A stretch of DNA of 63,613 nucleotides, counting the filler, from Octopus bimaculoides (Eukaryota), in NCBI RefSeq assembly GCF_001194135.2. It is 8 parts of 8 records of this genome, joined end to end, with 100 filler letters (N's around TTAATTAATTAA, not from the genome) between each part and the next. Parts side by side here need not be neighbours in the genome. Positions count along the whole stretch, not along the records: positions 23,812 to 47,080 come from NC_068988.1; 7 more parts are not named here. The stretch is one strand, 5' to 3'. Each line of letters begins with the position of its first letter. The stretch's first letter is position 1. The notes beneath the pieces are model-generated. The model searched no databases and had not been told where the DNA came from. It saw only the letters and a list, made by a program, of their open reading frames with translations. A program made the translations under genes and the position numbers. Shown piece by piece: positions 26,594-38,760 of the stretch.

Positions 26594-27599
26594 CTGGATT
26601 AAAAGAATAGCCTTTTGTTTATTTACAATTACTCTCTAGCTTCATTAGTGATTATTTTCCTGATGACAGAAATAAAACTAATAAAACTAATTAAACTAAT
26701 TAAACCTTCACCTTTACATATCATGACAACACCTTTCAACTCTCAGTGGATTAAAAGTTCAGTTCTAATGGTATCACAGGTATAGAAGTGTGAAAAAGAA
26801 ATTTGCTTTGCAGTCACATATCACAAGGACTTAGGTTCAATCTCATTGCATGGTACCTTGGGCAAGTATCATCACTATTGCCACAGGTTGACCAATACCT
26901 TGTGAGTGGAATTTATAGACAGAAACTATAGGAAGCCCATCGTGTATGTGTGTGTAGTCAGCCCTTGTCCTGCAATAAAGACCTGATATTTTTTCCCGTA
27001 AGCATGTAAATTAACCCCAATTCATTATACTTAATTTATTAAAATTATCTCCTTTTCCTTATGAGATTTGCTAATAATTGCCATTTGGATTTTTCATTTT
27101 TGTTTTCCACTCAAAAGGAAAAAAAAAAAAATTAGGAATCTATTGTATACAGAATCGAATATCCCACCTGTTAACTGGATGTGTATGCCAGTGCATGTGA
27201 TTGCCTTTTGTCTCTGTATATTGGCCTAAGGTGTAAAGATCAGGTGATAAACTATAAAACAAGTACCCTTCAAATGGAAAACTTATGTTCATATTGACTC
27301 ATTACTCATTTACATAGAAACTCCTTAGGTCCACTCAACATGGTCATTGGAAATGTAGCAAACCAGTGGCTGGCCAGTTAGATAGCTATAACCAATCACA
27401 CTACTGTTCACTAAATTTTGATATGGGAAAAAAAAAAATGAATAAAATAGACTCTCTCTCTCTCTCTCTCTCTCCCTCTCTCTGTGATGTAACTATGTAT
27501 CTTCTCTACAGCAAAACACCTTTTTATCTCTATCATAGTTTAACCTCTCATCACCTGGTACATAGCTGCATCCCTCAATACCATTTCTATTCTCAGCTG

Positions 27600-27815
27600 A
27601 GGGTTCTTTGCAAGTTACTTGGTAACATTGCTGGTGCTGGCACCATGTATAAAAGCACTCAGTACACCTTGTAAAGTGGTTGGCATTAGAAAGGGCATCC
27701 AGCCATAGAGACCATGCAAAAGGGGACAGTAGAGAATGGTGCAGTCTTTTGGCTTGCTCATTCCGGTCAAATCGTCCAACCCATGCAAGCATAGAAAATG
27801 ATGATGATGATGATG
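27600..27815 (+). mobile_element. Family D, diverged
   Basis: gtggttggcattagaaagggcatccagcc...ccaacccatgcaagcatagaaaatgatgatg; other old copies at 25320-25500 and 48140-48320. Confidence 0.75.
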
Positions 27816-28399
27816 ACAATGAAGGTCATTTTGAAATTCAGAGCTCTGGATAACAACGACAACTTAGACACAAATAAATAATATTTATGACAAGATGTCA
27901 AATATGCAAGAAATCTACAAAGAAGTTTTATGTCAACATTGAATTTGACAATCAATTATAACTGCTATTAGGTTGTTGTTAAAGGTTGGCTCTAGTCTCC
28001 AGATGAAAGGAATGCCCCACAAATCAATGCCTTCTAAGTGAATTTGGTTGACAGAAACTAGCATATATATATATATATATATATANNNNNNNNNNNNNNN
28101 NNNNNNNNNNNNNNNNNNNNNNNNNNNNNNNNNNNNNNNNNNNNNNNNNNNNNNNNNNNNNNNNNNNNNNNNNNNNNNNNNNNNNNNNNNNNNNNNNNNN
28201 NNNNNNNNNNNNNNNNNNNNNNNNNNNNNNNNNNNNNNNNNNNNNNNNNNNNNNNNNNNNNNNNNNNNNNNNNNNNNNNNNNNNNNNNNNNNNNNNNNNN
28301 NNNNNNNNNNNNNNNNNNNNNNNNNNNNNNNNNNNNNNNNNNNNNNNNNNNNNNNNNNNNNNNNNNNNNNNNNNNNTATATATATATATATATGTATAT

Positions 28400-28445
<46 letters not shown>

Positions 28446-28913
28446 ATACATATGTATATATGTATATAACAATCTCTCTCTCTGTATATATAATAAACCA
28501 ACACCTGTTGTTATCAAGCAGTTGGGGAGGACAACGCACACACACACACATAATGGAGTGGCTTGTTTGTGTTCACGTAACTTAGTAGTTCGGCAAAGGC
28601 TACGGATAGATTAAGTACCAGATGCAAAAAAATAAGTAATGGCGTTGAGCTTTTTTCTTTTCTTCGTTTTACTAAAACCTTTCTGTATTTCTCAAGCGTT
28701 TGGGAAATACAGAATAAATTAAAATATTTCACGAACGAACGGGGAGAAGTAACTACACAATACGAAAGTAAATGTTTAAATGTCAGAAATAGGAGAAATA
28801 CAGAAGAAACAATGAACTATCTTACTGAAACATGAGAAACGATGAAAGTTTACGTAAGATGGGAGTTTACAGAAAACTCCATATTAATCTATAAGTTAAT
28901 ATAATAACACAAA

Positions 28914-29850
28914 AGGGCAGCGAGCTGGCAGAGTGGTTAGCACGCCGAGCGAAATGCTTAGCGGTATTTCGTCAGCCGTTACGTTCTGAGTTCAAATTTC
29001 GCTGAGGTCAACTTTGCCTTTCATCCTTTCGGGATCTATTAGATAAGTATCAGTTACGCACTGGGATCGATGTAATCGACTTAATCCCGCTGTCTGTCCT
29101 TGTTTATCCCCTGTACGTTTAACCCTCTGTGGGCAATAAATAAATATAACACAGATATCATTAATCGATGGATTGGCAAAATCGTTAGAGTAGCGGATAA
29201 AATTACTTTTGATATTTAATGACGTCAGTTTTCATACCTGTCTTCATAAACTGTCAAAATCGATTTTCTCTTTTGGATATTTTGAGTAGATAAAATAAGC
29301 AGCAGTCACATAGCAGGGATCGATATAATCGATTATACTTCACCTCAGTCCACAGGATTTGTGTTGTGCCTATGTTAGAAACTCGCCAAGCTTAACTTTG
29401 CCTTTTATTCCTTCATGGATCGATGAAAAAAAGTACCAGTTAAATATTGAGGAGGATGGTATCGACTCTTTCCCTCCTCTTAAAATTGCTGGCCTTTTTT
29501 CCTAAATAAGAAATCATTATTTGGGTGGCAGCAGAATCGTTAAGTTTTGCAATATTTCTTCCGGCTTATTATTTTTATATCTTTTATTTGTTTCAGCCAT
29601 GCTGGGGCACTGCCTTTGAATCAACCATTAAAAAATTATATTAAACAACCTCTATGGCTGAGTCAGAAGAAGAAAGGCAGCAAGTAGGTAGAATCGTTAG
29701 AACGTCGGACAACTTGCCTAGTGGCATTTCTTCTGGATCTGTACGTTCTGAGTTCGAATACCGCCAAAGTGAACTTTGCCTTTCATTCCTTCGAAAGAAT
29801 ATAGTAAAAGTCAGGTAGTGGAGTCGACTTGTAATCTACCCTCACAACTG
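28914..29850 (+). mobile_element. Cluster of SINE family B copies (one young, several old)
   Basis: Copies at about 28914-29140, 29165-29520 and 29673-29850. Confidence 0.8.
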
Positions 29851-29927
29851 CTGGTCTTGAATCCTGTCACGGACTGGTGCTACGATCAGGGGCAATGTTG
29901 TGATCTCAGTTACTTATATTCGCCACC

Positions 29928-30234
29928 ACGCGCCTTCACACAAAGGCGCGTGGCATAGTGGTTAGGGTATTCGTCTCACGATGGTAAGGTCGTGAGTTCA
30001 ATTCGCGATGACGCGTTGTGTCTTTGAGTAAGACCCTTTATTTCATGGTGCTCCAGTTCACTCAGCTGGCAAAAATGAGTAGTACCTGTATTTCAAACGG
30101 CTGGCTTTGTCACATTCTGTGTCACGCTGAATCTCCTCGAGAACTACGTTAAGAGTCGCGTGTCTGTGGTGTACTCAGTCACTTGCACATTAATTTTATG
30201 AGCGTTGTAACCGACGGAGTGCCAGTAGTTTTAG
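29928..30234 (+). mobile_element. SINE family C (tRNA head) with 12-bp TSD
   Basis: A box TGGCATAGTGG, B box GAGTTCAATTC; ATATTCGCCACC at 29916-29927 and 30235-30246. Confidence 0.88.
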
Positions 30235-31302
30235 ATATTCGCCACCGTGGAAACCAGTTAACAGATCTCATGAGTCTCTGGGCTCGAGGGAAAAAGCTAG
30301 TGGACGAAGGCACGTTTGTTTTTTGAATTTCATAGCCTTCGAGACTGGTGGGAGGAAAAGAAAGGAGATATGCATAAACAGGGGACTTGGACTGAATGCT
30401 TACAACAGAGGAAATTCAGATAAGGATATACAAAGTAAGAGACGGAGGTGTTAACTATGGTGACAGATTAAGGATTAATAATATAATTGTTTAAATTAAA
30501 ATATTTCGTTTTTGTGTATGGTTTGCAAGATTCTTCATGTGAACTCCTGAGTAGAAAAATTTTACCTATACTAAACACATGCACTGGTTCTATTTCACTT
30601 CTTTATGATTCATTTGCTAATTGGTTAACTATTTAGCCAATTAACAAATCGATTGTTTGATTAATCATTCTGTCAATCAATCGTTTAGAGTGGCTTGTCA
30701 AAGTTCTTTCATGGGCATTTGAGACCATTTTGTAACTGATTAGATTTTAGAGCATTTTATCATTCACATTTCTGTCTGTTGCAATGTGAAAGAAGCACAA
30801 TTTAAGCAAACCAAAGGAAGAGCAAACATTAAGAAAAAAAAATCGAAGCTTTTTATCTCAGAAGGGCGGTCCAACCAAAGGTTAAGATTAATTTATAAAT
30901 AAATAAATAAATATAAATACGTGACAAAATAGAGTCCAGATATTGATCTTTCGTGATCACAAATATTCTTTAAAGGAAAATCAGCATTATTAATCTCACA
31001 TGGTGTGGGATGGGCAGTTTTGAGGCTCATGTCTTTTCAAAGGTTAATTACTCATAAAACAACCAAACAAATAAAAATCGAACCCAAGATCAATAAGTAG
31101 TTTGCTGTGATTTTAATATCTATTCTATAATGTTTCCTAAAGTATTTTACCGACAATTAACATAAAATAATTGGATACAGTAAACATCAATACTATACTA
31201 CATGTCTTAAACACATTTGTACACTCATAAACGCACACATAAGTACATACAAACATACATATTACATGCATACATAATACATACATGTGTATGTGCATAC
31301 AT

Positions 31303-31380
31303 ATTGGTGGAACATTTCCATAAAAAAACCTTACAAAGTGCAAGTATAATAGGCCGGATATAGTTGTTTGGGACAGACAA
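31303..31380 (+). mobile_element. Short R4/Dong endonuclease remnant
   Basis: YWWNISI...KCKYNRPDIVVWDR. Confidence 0.5.
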
Positions 31381-32077
31381 AGTTATTATCGCCAAAGACT
31401 CTGGGGAAAGCTATGGAGTTCATAGAAAATACCAAAGTAATAGGAGAAAAAAATAATAGAAAATTGCATGAACAAAATTTGGAAGAAGTTCTGAACAGAT
31501 CATGAAGGGATTTCCCTGACTTCGTCAAAGTGATAGAACCAGAAGCTATCAAATAACATAGTTGAGAAGAAGGAAAACAAAACTACAATTTGTGTGGAAG
31601 TTGTGGTTAATAAAAGAATCTCTCAGCTGAAGAAGTGCTGGAGTTAATATTGTAATTTTTGGAAAATAATCATGATTAAAGACGGTTTAGCCATGACGAT
31701 CTCGCCATGACTATCCAAGACACTGTGTTGTCTGTTGTACTGTACGTAATTTGAAATAGATTTAGCTATTATTTCTAGCTTGTCGAATAACTACATAGTG
31801 ACCCCTTTATTGGCTTCTGTCGAAATACTTAAATTTCTATGTCGTGTAATATCTCTAAAACAGGTAATATTTTCTATTTTCTTTCTATTTATGCTTTTTC
31901 TCAAATAATTATATTTTTTTATGATTATCTCCTCTCAATACTATCACAATAGAATTTCTCTAGAGATTTGTTGATCTTATAATTTCATTGTTATCTGACA
32001 AACACTAACTGTGGAAGTTCAGCAGTTTTGCTCTTGCAGTAACGCCTTAATAGGAGACGACTATTATTGTTCACTAT

Positions 32078-32210
32078 CCGGAAAGCTTATCCACGCATGC
32101 GCAGGGACTAGTTCCGGAAGGAACACAGGAAGAGTCTCATGCGCATGCGTGGTCATCAATATTCAAGTTTCGCGCCCTTATTCACTCTCTTTCTCGGCCG
32201 GCCGGCCATG
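32078..32210. promoter_or_regulatory. CpG-rich promoter-like island with two inverted NRF1-type sites and ETS/GABP-type sites
   Basis: CACGCATGCGCA (32092-32103) and TGCGCATGCGTG (32140-32151) are exact reverse complements. CCGGAA at 32078, palindromic TTCCGGAA at 32112-32119, CAGGAAG at 32126. GGCCGGCCGGCCATG (ATG at 32208) follows. Confidence 0.55.
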
Positions 32211-32904
32211 AGCTCAGACGTACAAGCAGCCTGTCTCCAACATTCCAACTCTGGAGACAGCTCTTTCCAACATTCCAACTCTGGAGCTAGACAAATAACC
32301 ACTCAACATCATTGACAGCGTCTCAGCAACCAAAGGGCGAAGTGCTGCCTATTTCCTCTGTAAATAAATATTGTTGTGTTGATGGTTCAGAATCTGCGTT
32401 CCGTTGTTTCTTCTAGAAATTTAATGTACGGAAGCGGTGTACACCTAATGGTGTATAACCACTTTCCTATACTCTAATAAACTGTTTCTACTCTCTCATT
32501 ACGACTAGACTCTGTGGTGTTGATTTCTTTTTGTTCACACAACAAGTCTTATAATATTTTGTGTCTACTCCATTGACAAAGACCAACCGTTGAAGGTCAA
32601 CAGTGTCGCTATAATAAACTATTTCCACTCTCTCATAACGACCTGATTCTGTGACACTGGCTTTGTTTTTGTGCACACGGCAAATCTTATAAATGTACGA
32701 CGATGTAGATCAGCGATTTCCATGGGATATAATCGGAACTGATGACGAAGACAAAATGTTATAGTTTTGAAAGAATTAATAAAATATAAAACATTCATAA
32801 GTATTCCACCGTTTCTTAACTTAATACGCAAATGTTTACACATTCATAAATATGGTATAAAATTAGAAACAGCATAACGGTTTGAACAGATCATTTGTTA
32901 TGTT

Positions 32905-33400
32905 AATTCCTTTGACTCCACGCAGAGAACCCGGCACCAACAAACGCTCTCCATCTGTTTTGCTCTTTGCAATAGATTGCAGTTGTCAGCAGGCATAGCC
33001 GCCAACCATTGTGCTTCAGCTTCTGTGGTCCTCCTCCATGCTAATTTTGGTTAGCCATGCTTTCGTCTCCCCTGGGGTATCCATCGGAGGGATTGCTTTC
33101 AAATACTGAACACAGGTTTCTGTACAATGTGTCCCAATCTCAACCCCATTTCATCCGCTTGGTCTGAGTTCCAATAGGTTGCTGGTTAGTCTGTTTCTAC
33201 AGGATTTTGTTGGTGAATCTGCTTTGCTATCTCACCCGCGGGGTGTTCAAATGACATTCATTCGCAAACGTTCGACGCTTGTTGATGGAGAACTAAGTAA
33301 TTCGCTGTTTCACACGTGCACAACAAAACCGTCTTCACGACCTTGTTAAAGATCCTGTGTTTTGTGATTGTTGACAAGGTCTGTAATCTCCAAATGAGTT
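32905..33400 (-). mobile_element. RTE-clade LINE 3' fragment, decayed
   Basis: TKHRIFNKVVKTVLLCTCET...FTNKIL*KQTNQQPIGTQTKRMKW/LGHIVQKPVFSI*KQSLRWIPQGRRKHG*PKLAWRRTTEAE. Confidence 0.85.
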
Positions 33401-34758
33401 AAAAGTACTCCTGTTTTTGGAGTGCTCAGTCACTTGCATATTAATTTCATGAGCAGGCTGTTCTGTTGATCGGATCAATGGGAACCCTTGTCGTCGTAAC
33501 CAACGGATTGACTGCTTTCATATGCTTAGTTTTCTATCAGTAGAAAGTGGTTGGACGTTTGTGAGTTTGCTTATTTTATATTACAAGTACTCTTTTGGCG
33601 TGTGATTTACAAGGGAGATTACTTTGGGTTACTTTTTAGTTCACTTTTCAATTTTGCGTTTTTTACAATAAACCAGGAGGCAGTTGCATTTTTACAAGGA
33701 ACTTGCATTAAATTCACATCATTTCCAAAGAAAAAGAAAGGTGTCACTTTGCCGTGTGATCTACGATTTAAAGGAAAATTACTTTAGGTTACTTGTGTTG
33801 GTGCTACATTCCGTGTGATCTACATGAGCAAATTTACTTTGGTGGGTGATCTATGTGCTGATTTTTAATTATTATATGGTTTTCTTGTTATTAGAATAGT
33901 AAGAATTTCGAAAAAATACATTTACAATGCTAAGTATGTACAAAATAATTGATAACGACCTTGCTAAGAAACGTGGAAGAGTCGACATTTCGAGCCTACG
34001 CTCTTCTAAAGAAAAGAAGGAAAGAAACAAATGGAGAGAGGGGCAAAAGTGGAGAGGAGAATAAATCTGACTGGATTAACGGTTCCACATGTGCAACCAT
34101 CCTTGCCAACGACCAACAACGCAACGATAGTCTTCAGCAAACACACAGATATGCAAACTCACGATTTAAAAATATGTCGTTGATATTTATTGATTTAAGA
34201 AAATTGGTTACGGTAGTAAAAGAGAGTAAACCAACGACGTAAATATACAAATAATCGTTTCTAATATAAATGCAAGGCCACAAATGTCAGAGCCAGGTTT
34301 ATGTGATTATATCGATCCAGTACTTTATTTTATCGATCCCACTGCAGAATGATAAAGAGCAACATTAACCGCGGTGGGAGAAGTTTGAACTCAGAACGTA
34401 ATGAAGAGGAATGAACAAAGACTGTTAAGCGTTTTGCGTGACGCTTTAACGTTTGTGAACATTTTGTAATCCGGACAGACGATTCTTTCTGAAGATGTTT
34501 GTGGTGTTTATACGTTTTCTTTTATTTGTTTCATGTGGGAGCCATGTGGGAGCACCGCCTTTAGTCGAACAGGACTTATTCTTTGTAACCCTAGTACTTA
34601 ATGCTCGCTGTTAATGCCTGAGCACATTACATAAAATTGCTATTGGGTTATGTGACGTGGCGTGACCGTTGTTATAACTGGGATGTTGCTAATTGTTCTG
34701 TAAGGCGGCAAGCTGGCGGAATCATTAGCACATTGAACACAATGACTAGCGGCATTTC

Positions 34759-34834
<76 letters not shown>

Positions 34835-35799
34835 TGATAGGGATGATGATGTTGTGGGTGTTATCCAGATACTTCATCGTCAGCAATCGCCATGAGGCGA
34901 CTATAACAACACGAAGGTTAAAGAGAGGTGTAACACTCTTTATACAAGGCGCAATCAGCTGCGATTAAATCTCTTTCATTTCTTTCCTCCCATCGTTTAG
35001 AATGGAAATGACTATTTAGATTAGACCAAACAAGAGTAATGAAAGTTAATTATGAATCAAAAGAGAGAAAGAAGCAGAAGCAAATACGAAGTTTGTACTC
35101 TTGCGATTGCTGTCGAGTTCGCAAACAGAATCTGAAGTGCAAGGAATATGTGACACATTTAAACGAGTTTCATTAAAACGTACACAAGAAGTATTGAGAA
35201 TAATAGAAACTTTGTTAGTTACGAAGCAGGAATTAAAAAAACAAAACAAAAACAAAAGCTTTCTCTCAGTTGATGTGTGTCGAATGAGAACGTAATTTAT
35301 TCGTTTACAAAACTATCAAATGAAATAAGTTATCAATGCATTTTAAAATATTGCGTGATTGTAAAGATTTTAGATAGCGTGAAAATCAAACATGGTGAAG
35401 TATCAGAAATATTTACGAATTAGAATAAGAACTCGCTGTTTCTTTAGATAAGGCATGCCTAATGAATGTACCAGTGAGTCTTTATATGTTTATGCGTGCG
35501 TGTGTGTCTTGTGTGTGTATTAATGTTTGTTTTTATGGTCAGTTATAACAAAAACAATTTTACAATAAATTGAAGAATGAGTCAATACTTTTTGTAGAGT
35601 ACATATTTATCGTTCTTTTACAAGAATTATGCTGACAGTGACTTCGAAGTTTCAACCTGTTTAGCCTTCATTGGATTGTCCGATGAAAGATAAGCAGGCC
35701 GAAACTTCGAACAGTATTCTTATAGAGAATAATACGGATATGTGTGTCAGTGTGCGTGTGCGTGTATATATATATACAAATCATTTGTCTTAACATCCC

Positions 35800-36115
35800 T
35801 ATTGTATTCCTGTGAAACTTAGACCTGTTATGAAAGGCATTTTAAAATGTTAGAAAAATTCCACCAAAAATGCCTTCGTCATATTTTAAGAATTAAATGG
35901 AATTCTTTTACTCCAAACACAGATATCCTTGCATCTGCAGGCATCCCCTCAATTAAAGCCATGATTTTGAGGAACCAATTGAGATGGTGTGGCCATATTG
36001 TTCGAATGGCAGATGAACTCATGCCGAAACAGCTGTTTTATGGTGAGCTTGCAGAGGGGAAACGTTATCGGCATAAACCTAAAAAAAGGTTTAAGGATGG
36101 CATAAGGACTGCTAT
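35800..36115 (+). mobile_element. RTE (BovB-like) LINE 3' coding fragment
   Basis: LYSCET*TCYERHFKMLEKFHQKCLRHILRIKWNSFTPNTDILASAGIPSIKAMILRNQLRWCGHIVRMADELMPKQLFYGELAEGKRYRHKPKKRFKD; runs into a gap. Confidence 0.9.
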
Positions 36116-36789
36116 NNNNNNNNNNNNNNNNNNNNNNNNNNNNNNNNNNNNNNNNNNNNNNNNNNNNNNNNNNNNNNNNNNNNNNNNNNNNNNNNNNNNN
36201 NNNNNNNNNNNNNNNNNNNNNNNNNNNNNNNNNNNNNNNNNNNNNNNNNNNNNNNNNNNNNNNNNNNNNNNNNNNNNNNNNNNNNNNNNNNNNNNNNNNN
36301 NNNNNNNNNNNNNNNNNNNNNNNNNNNNNNNNNNNNNNNNNNNNNNNNNNNNNNNNNNNNNNNNNNNNNNNNNNNNNNNNNNNNNNNNNNNNNNNNNNNN
36401 NNNNNNNNNNNNNNNNNNNNNNNNNNNNNNNNNNNNNNNNNNNNNNNNNNNNNNNNNNNNNNNNNNNNNNNNNNNNNNNNNNNNNNNNNNNNNNNNNNNN
36501 NNNNNNNNNNNNNNNNNNNNNNNNNNNNNNNNNNNNNNNNNNNNNNNNNNNNNNNNNNNNNNNNNNNNNNNNNNNNNNNNNNNNNNNNNNNNNNNNNNNN
36601 NNNNNNNNNNNNNNNNNNNNNNNNNNNNNNNNNNNNNNNNNNNNNNNNNNNNNNNNNNNNNNNNNNNNNNNNNNNNNNNNNNNNNNNNNNNNNNNNNNNN
36701 NNNNNNNNNNNNNNNNNNNNNNNNNNNNNNNNNNNNNNNNNNNNNNNNNNNNNNNNNNNNNNNNNNNNNNNNNNTATATATATATATAT

Positions 36790-37230
36790 GTTGGGTTGAG
36801 TCCCACCGTGTGGCACCTCAGGCAGGTGCCTTCTGCTATAGCTTCGGGCCGACCAAAGCCTTGTGAGTAGGTTTGGTAAATGAAAACTGAAAGAAGCCCG
36901 ACGTGTAGCCGAAATTGCAAAGATAATCTGAAACTCGACTGAGGAAAAAAAACTCCAAATGACACATCCTTGTTTTCTTTGTATCGTCTGTCTAGATGTT
37001 TTGCGTTCTTGTCCCAGTTTTGTATTTTCTATATATACATATATACATATATGTTCGTGTGTTTGTCCCCACCATCACCGACGCTGGTGTGTTTATGTCC
37101 ATGTTCAAACAAAGAGACCGATAGAATAAGTTCAAGGTTTACAAAGAATAAGTTCTGGGGTTGATTTGTTCGACTAAAAGCGGTGCTCCAGCATGGGCGC
37201 GGTCAAATGACTGAAACAAATAAAGGAGTA
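36790..37230 (+). mobile_element. SINE family A with internal insertion
   Basis: Head and tail homology, with an extra segment at about 36905-37020. Confidence 0.8.
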
Positions 37231-37416
37231 AAAGAGTATATATATATATAATTCCGCCTAATGACGTAATGTGGTAGGTGCGTCCGATAAGTGCTTGATT
37301 TTGTTTATCACTAAAAAGTCCGTCTAGAATTGCAACGAAAACAAAAACAAAAGTGGTGTTGTAGTTGTCGAGCAATGAATGGCTATAAGTGGTTCATCAT
37401 TGAGCAGGTAGATATA

Positions 37417-37632
37417 CGAAGGGATGCTGAAAAGTTCCTGGCTTTGGGTAGAAGAAAATACAGGAAGATCAGTTAATTATGATTTTATACAAAATATTCC
37501 CTCTCAAATTCACACTCTCATTGCAGCAGTCCTTCAGTTTTTCTAAGCCCTGTAAAAGGATCTGAAAGGCTGGGCTTCAGAGCAGGTCTTTTGCGATACC
37601 CGTAAGGCCAGGAACTTTGTAACACACTCTCG
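37417..37632. mobile_element. Mariner-type MITE with TA target duplication
   Basis: TA|CGAAGGGATGCTGAAAAGTTCCTGGC ... GCCAGGAACTTTGTAACACACTCTCG|TA. Confidence 0.8.
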
Positions 37633-37746
37633 TATATTAGAAAGAAAGAATAAACAAGTATATGGTACCACTTTAGAGCGTGTAATTAATACAAACATAA
37701 TCGCAAGGTTGTTAGAGTAAATAAGGAGTTGAGAAATAATGCATAT

Positions 37747-38190
37747 ACAAGGTGCAATGGGTCTACTGTCGCCATTTTATATTTTTAATTTCGTGCATGC
37801 ACGTTTGTTTTTGATTTTGTTGACTACATAGTATGGTAGGGTCAGTTGTGCACCGTCTGTGAGAAAATAGCACCATGATACAATTCACTCTGCCAGAAAT
37901 TTGGAAGCGACATGCTGTACTACTTGCCATTCGCGCCGGAAGTTCCAATACAAACAGATGGTGAGCACACAGAACAACCGTTTGCTTGTCCTGATTCCAA
38001 AACATGTACCGAGAGTGATAAAATCAATTATCCAGTCAACATCATGGTGTTTGGAGTGATCACTAATGATGGCGACGTTATGCGTTCATTTATCTTCCCA
38101 CACGGGCTAAGACTCAACACGGAGACCTACATCAAATGCCTGGAGGAGGTAGTGCTGCCTTAGGTCAAGGGAGTGGCTGCTGGAAGACAT
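37747..38190 (+). mobile_element. Internally deleted IS630-Tc1-mariner DD37D (maT-like) transposon
   Basis: N-terminus MIQFTLPEIWKRHAVLLAIRAGSSN is joined to the catalytic segment NTQNNRLLV...PVNIMVFGVITNDGDVMRSFIFPHGLRLNTETYIKCLEEVVLP*VKGVAAGR; a SINE-A copy truncates it. Confidence 0.75.
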
Positions 38191-38194
38191 TGTG

Positions 38195-38277
38195 CACTTA
38201 TTCTATCGGTATCTTTTGGCGAACCGCTATATTATGGGGACGTAAACACACTAAGATAGGTTCTCAAGCGATAGTGG

Positions 38278-38312
<35 letters not shown>

Positions 38313-38485
38313 CATACGATGGGCCTCTTTCAGCTTCCGTCTACCAAATCCACTCAGAAGGCTTTGGTCAGCCCGAGGCTATAGTGGAAGATACTTGCCC
38401 AAAGTGCAACGCAGGAGCACTGAACCCGGAACCATGCCATGTGGCTGGGAAGCAAACTTCTTACCACACAGCCACTTTCTGCACC
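38195..38485 (-). mobile_element. SINE family A
   Basis: Homology to the other A copies. Confidence 0.85.
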
Positions 38486-38760
38486 TGACATTTTTCAAAT
38501 ACAATTCTTCATAAAATTTAATCATGAAAATATACTGAGATTTTTTAAAAAACTGAACGAAAGGGTTCTACAGGAAAAAAAAAAAAAAGAAAATTTGGTT
38601 GAGATCCACTGATCTACAGCATACACAGAGTATCGAGATCAATATCGAGCCCCTCTATCCATGCCCACCCCGACAACTACCCAGTGTGCCCATTCTTTAA
38701 GACGGCATCCATAAAATATTAGAATGAGTACTGCGACTTTTTGGAAATCGTATAAAAGGT

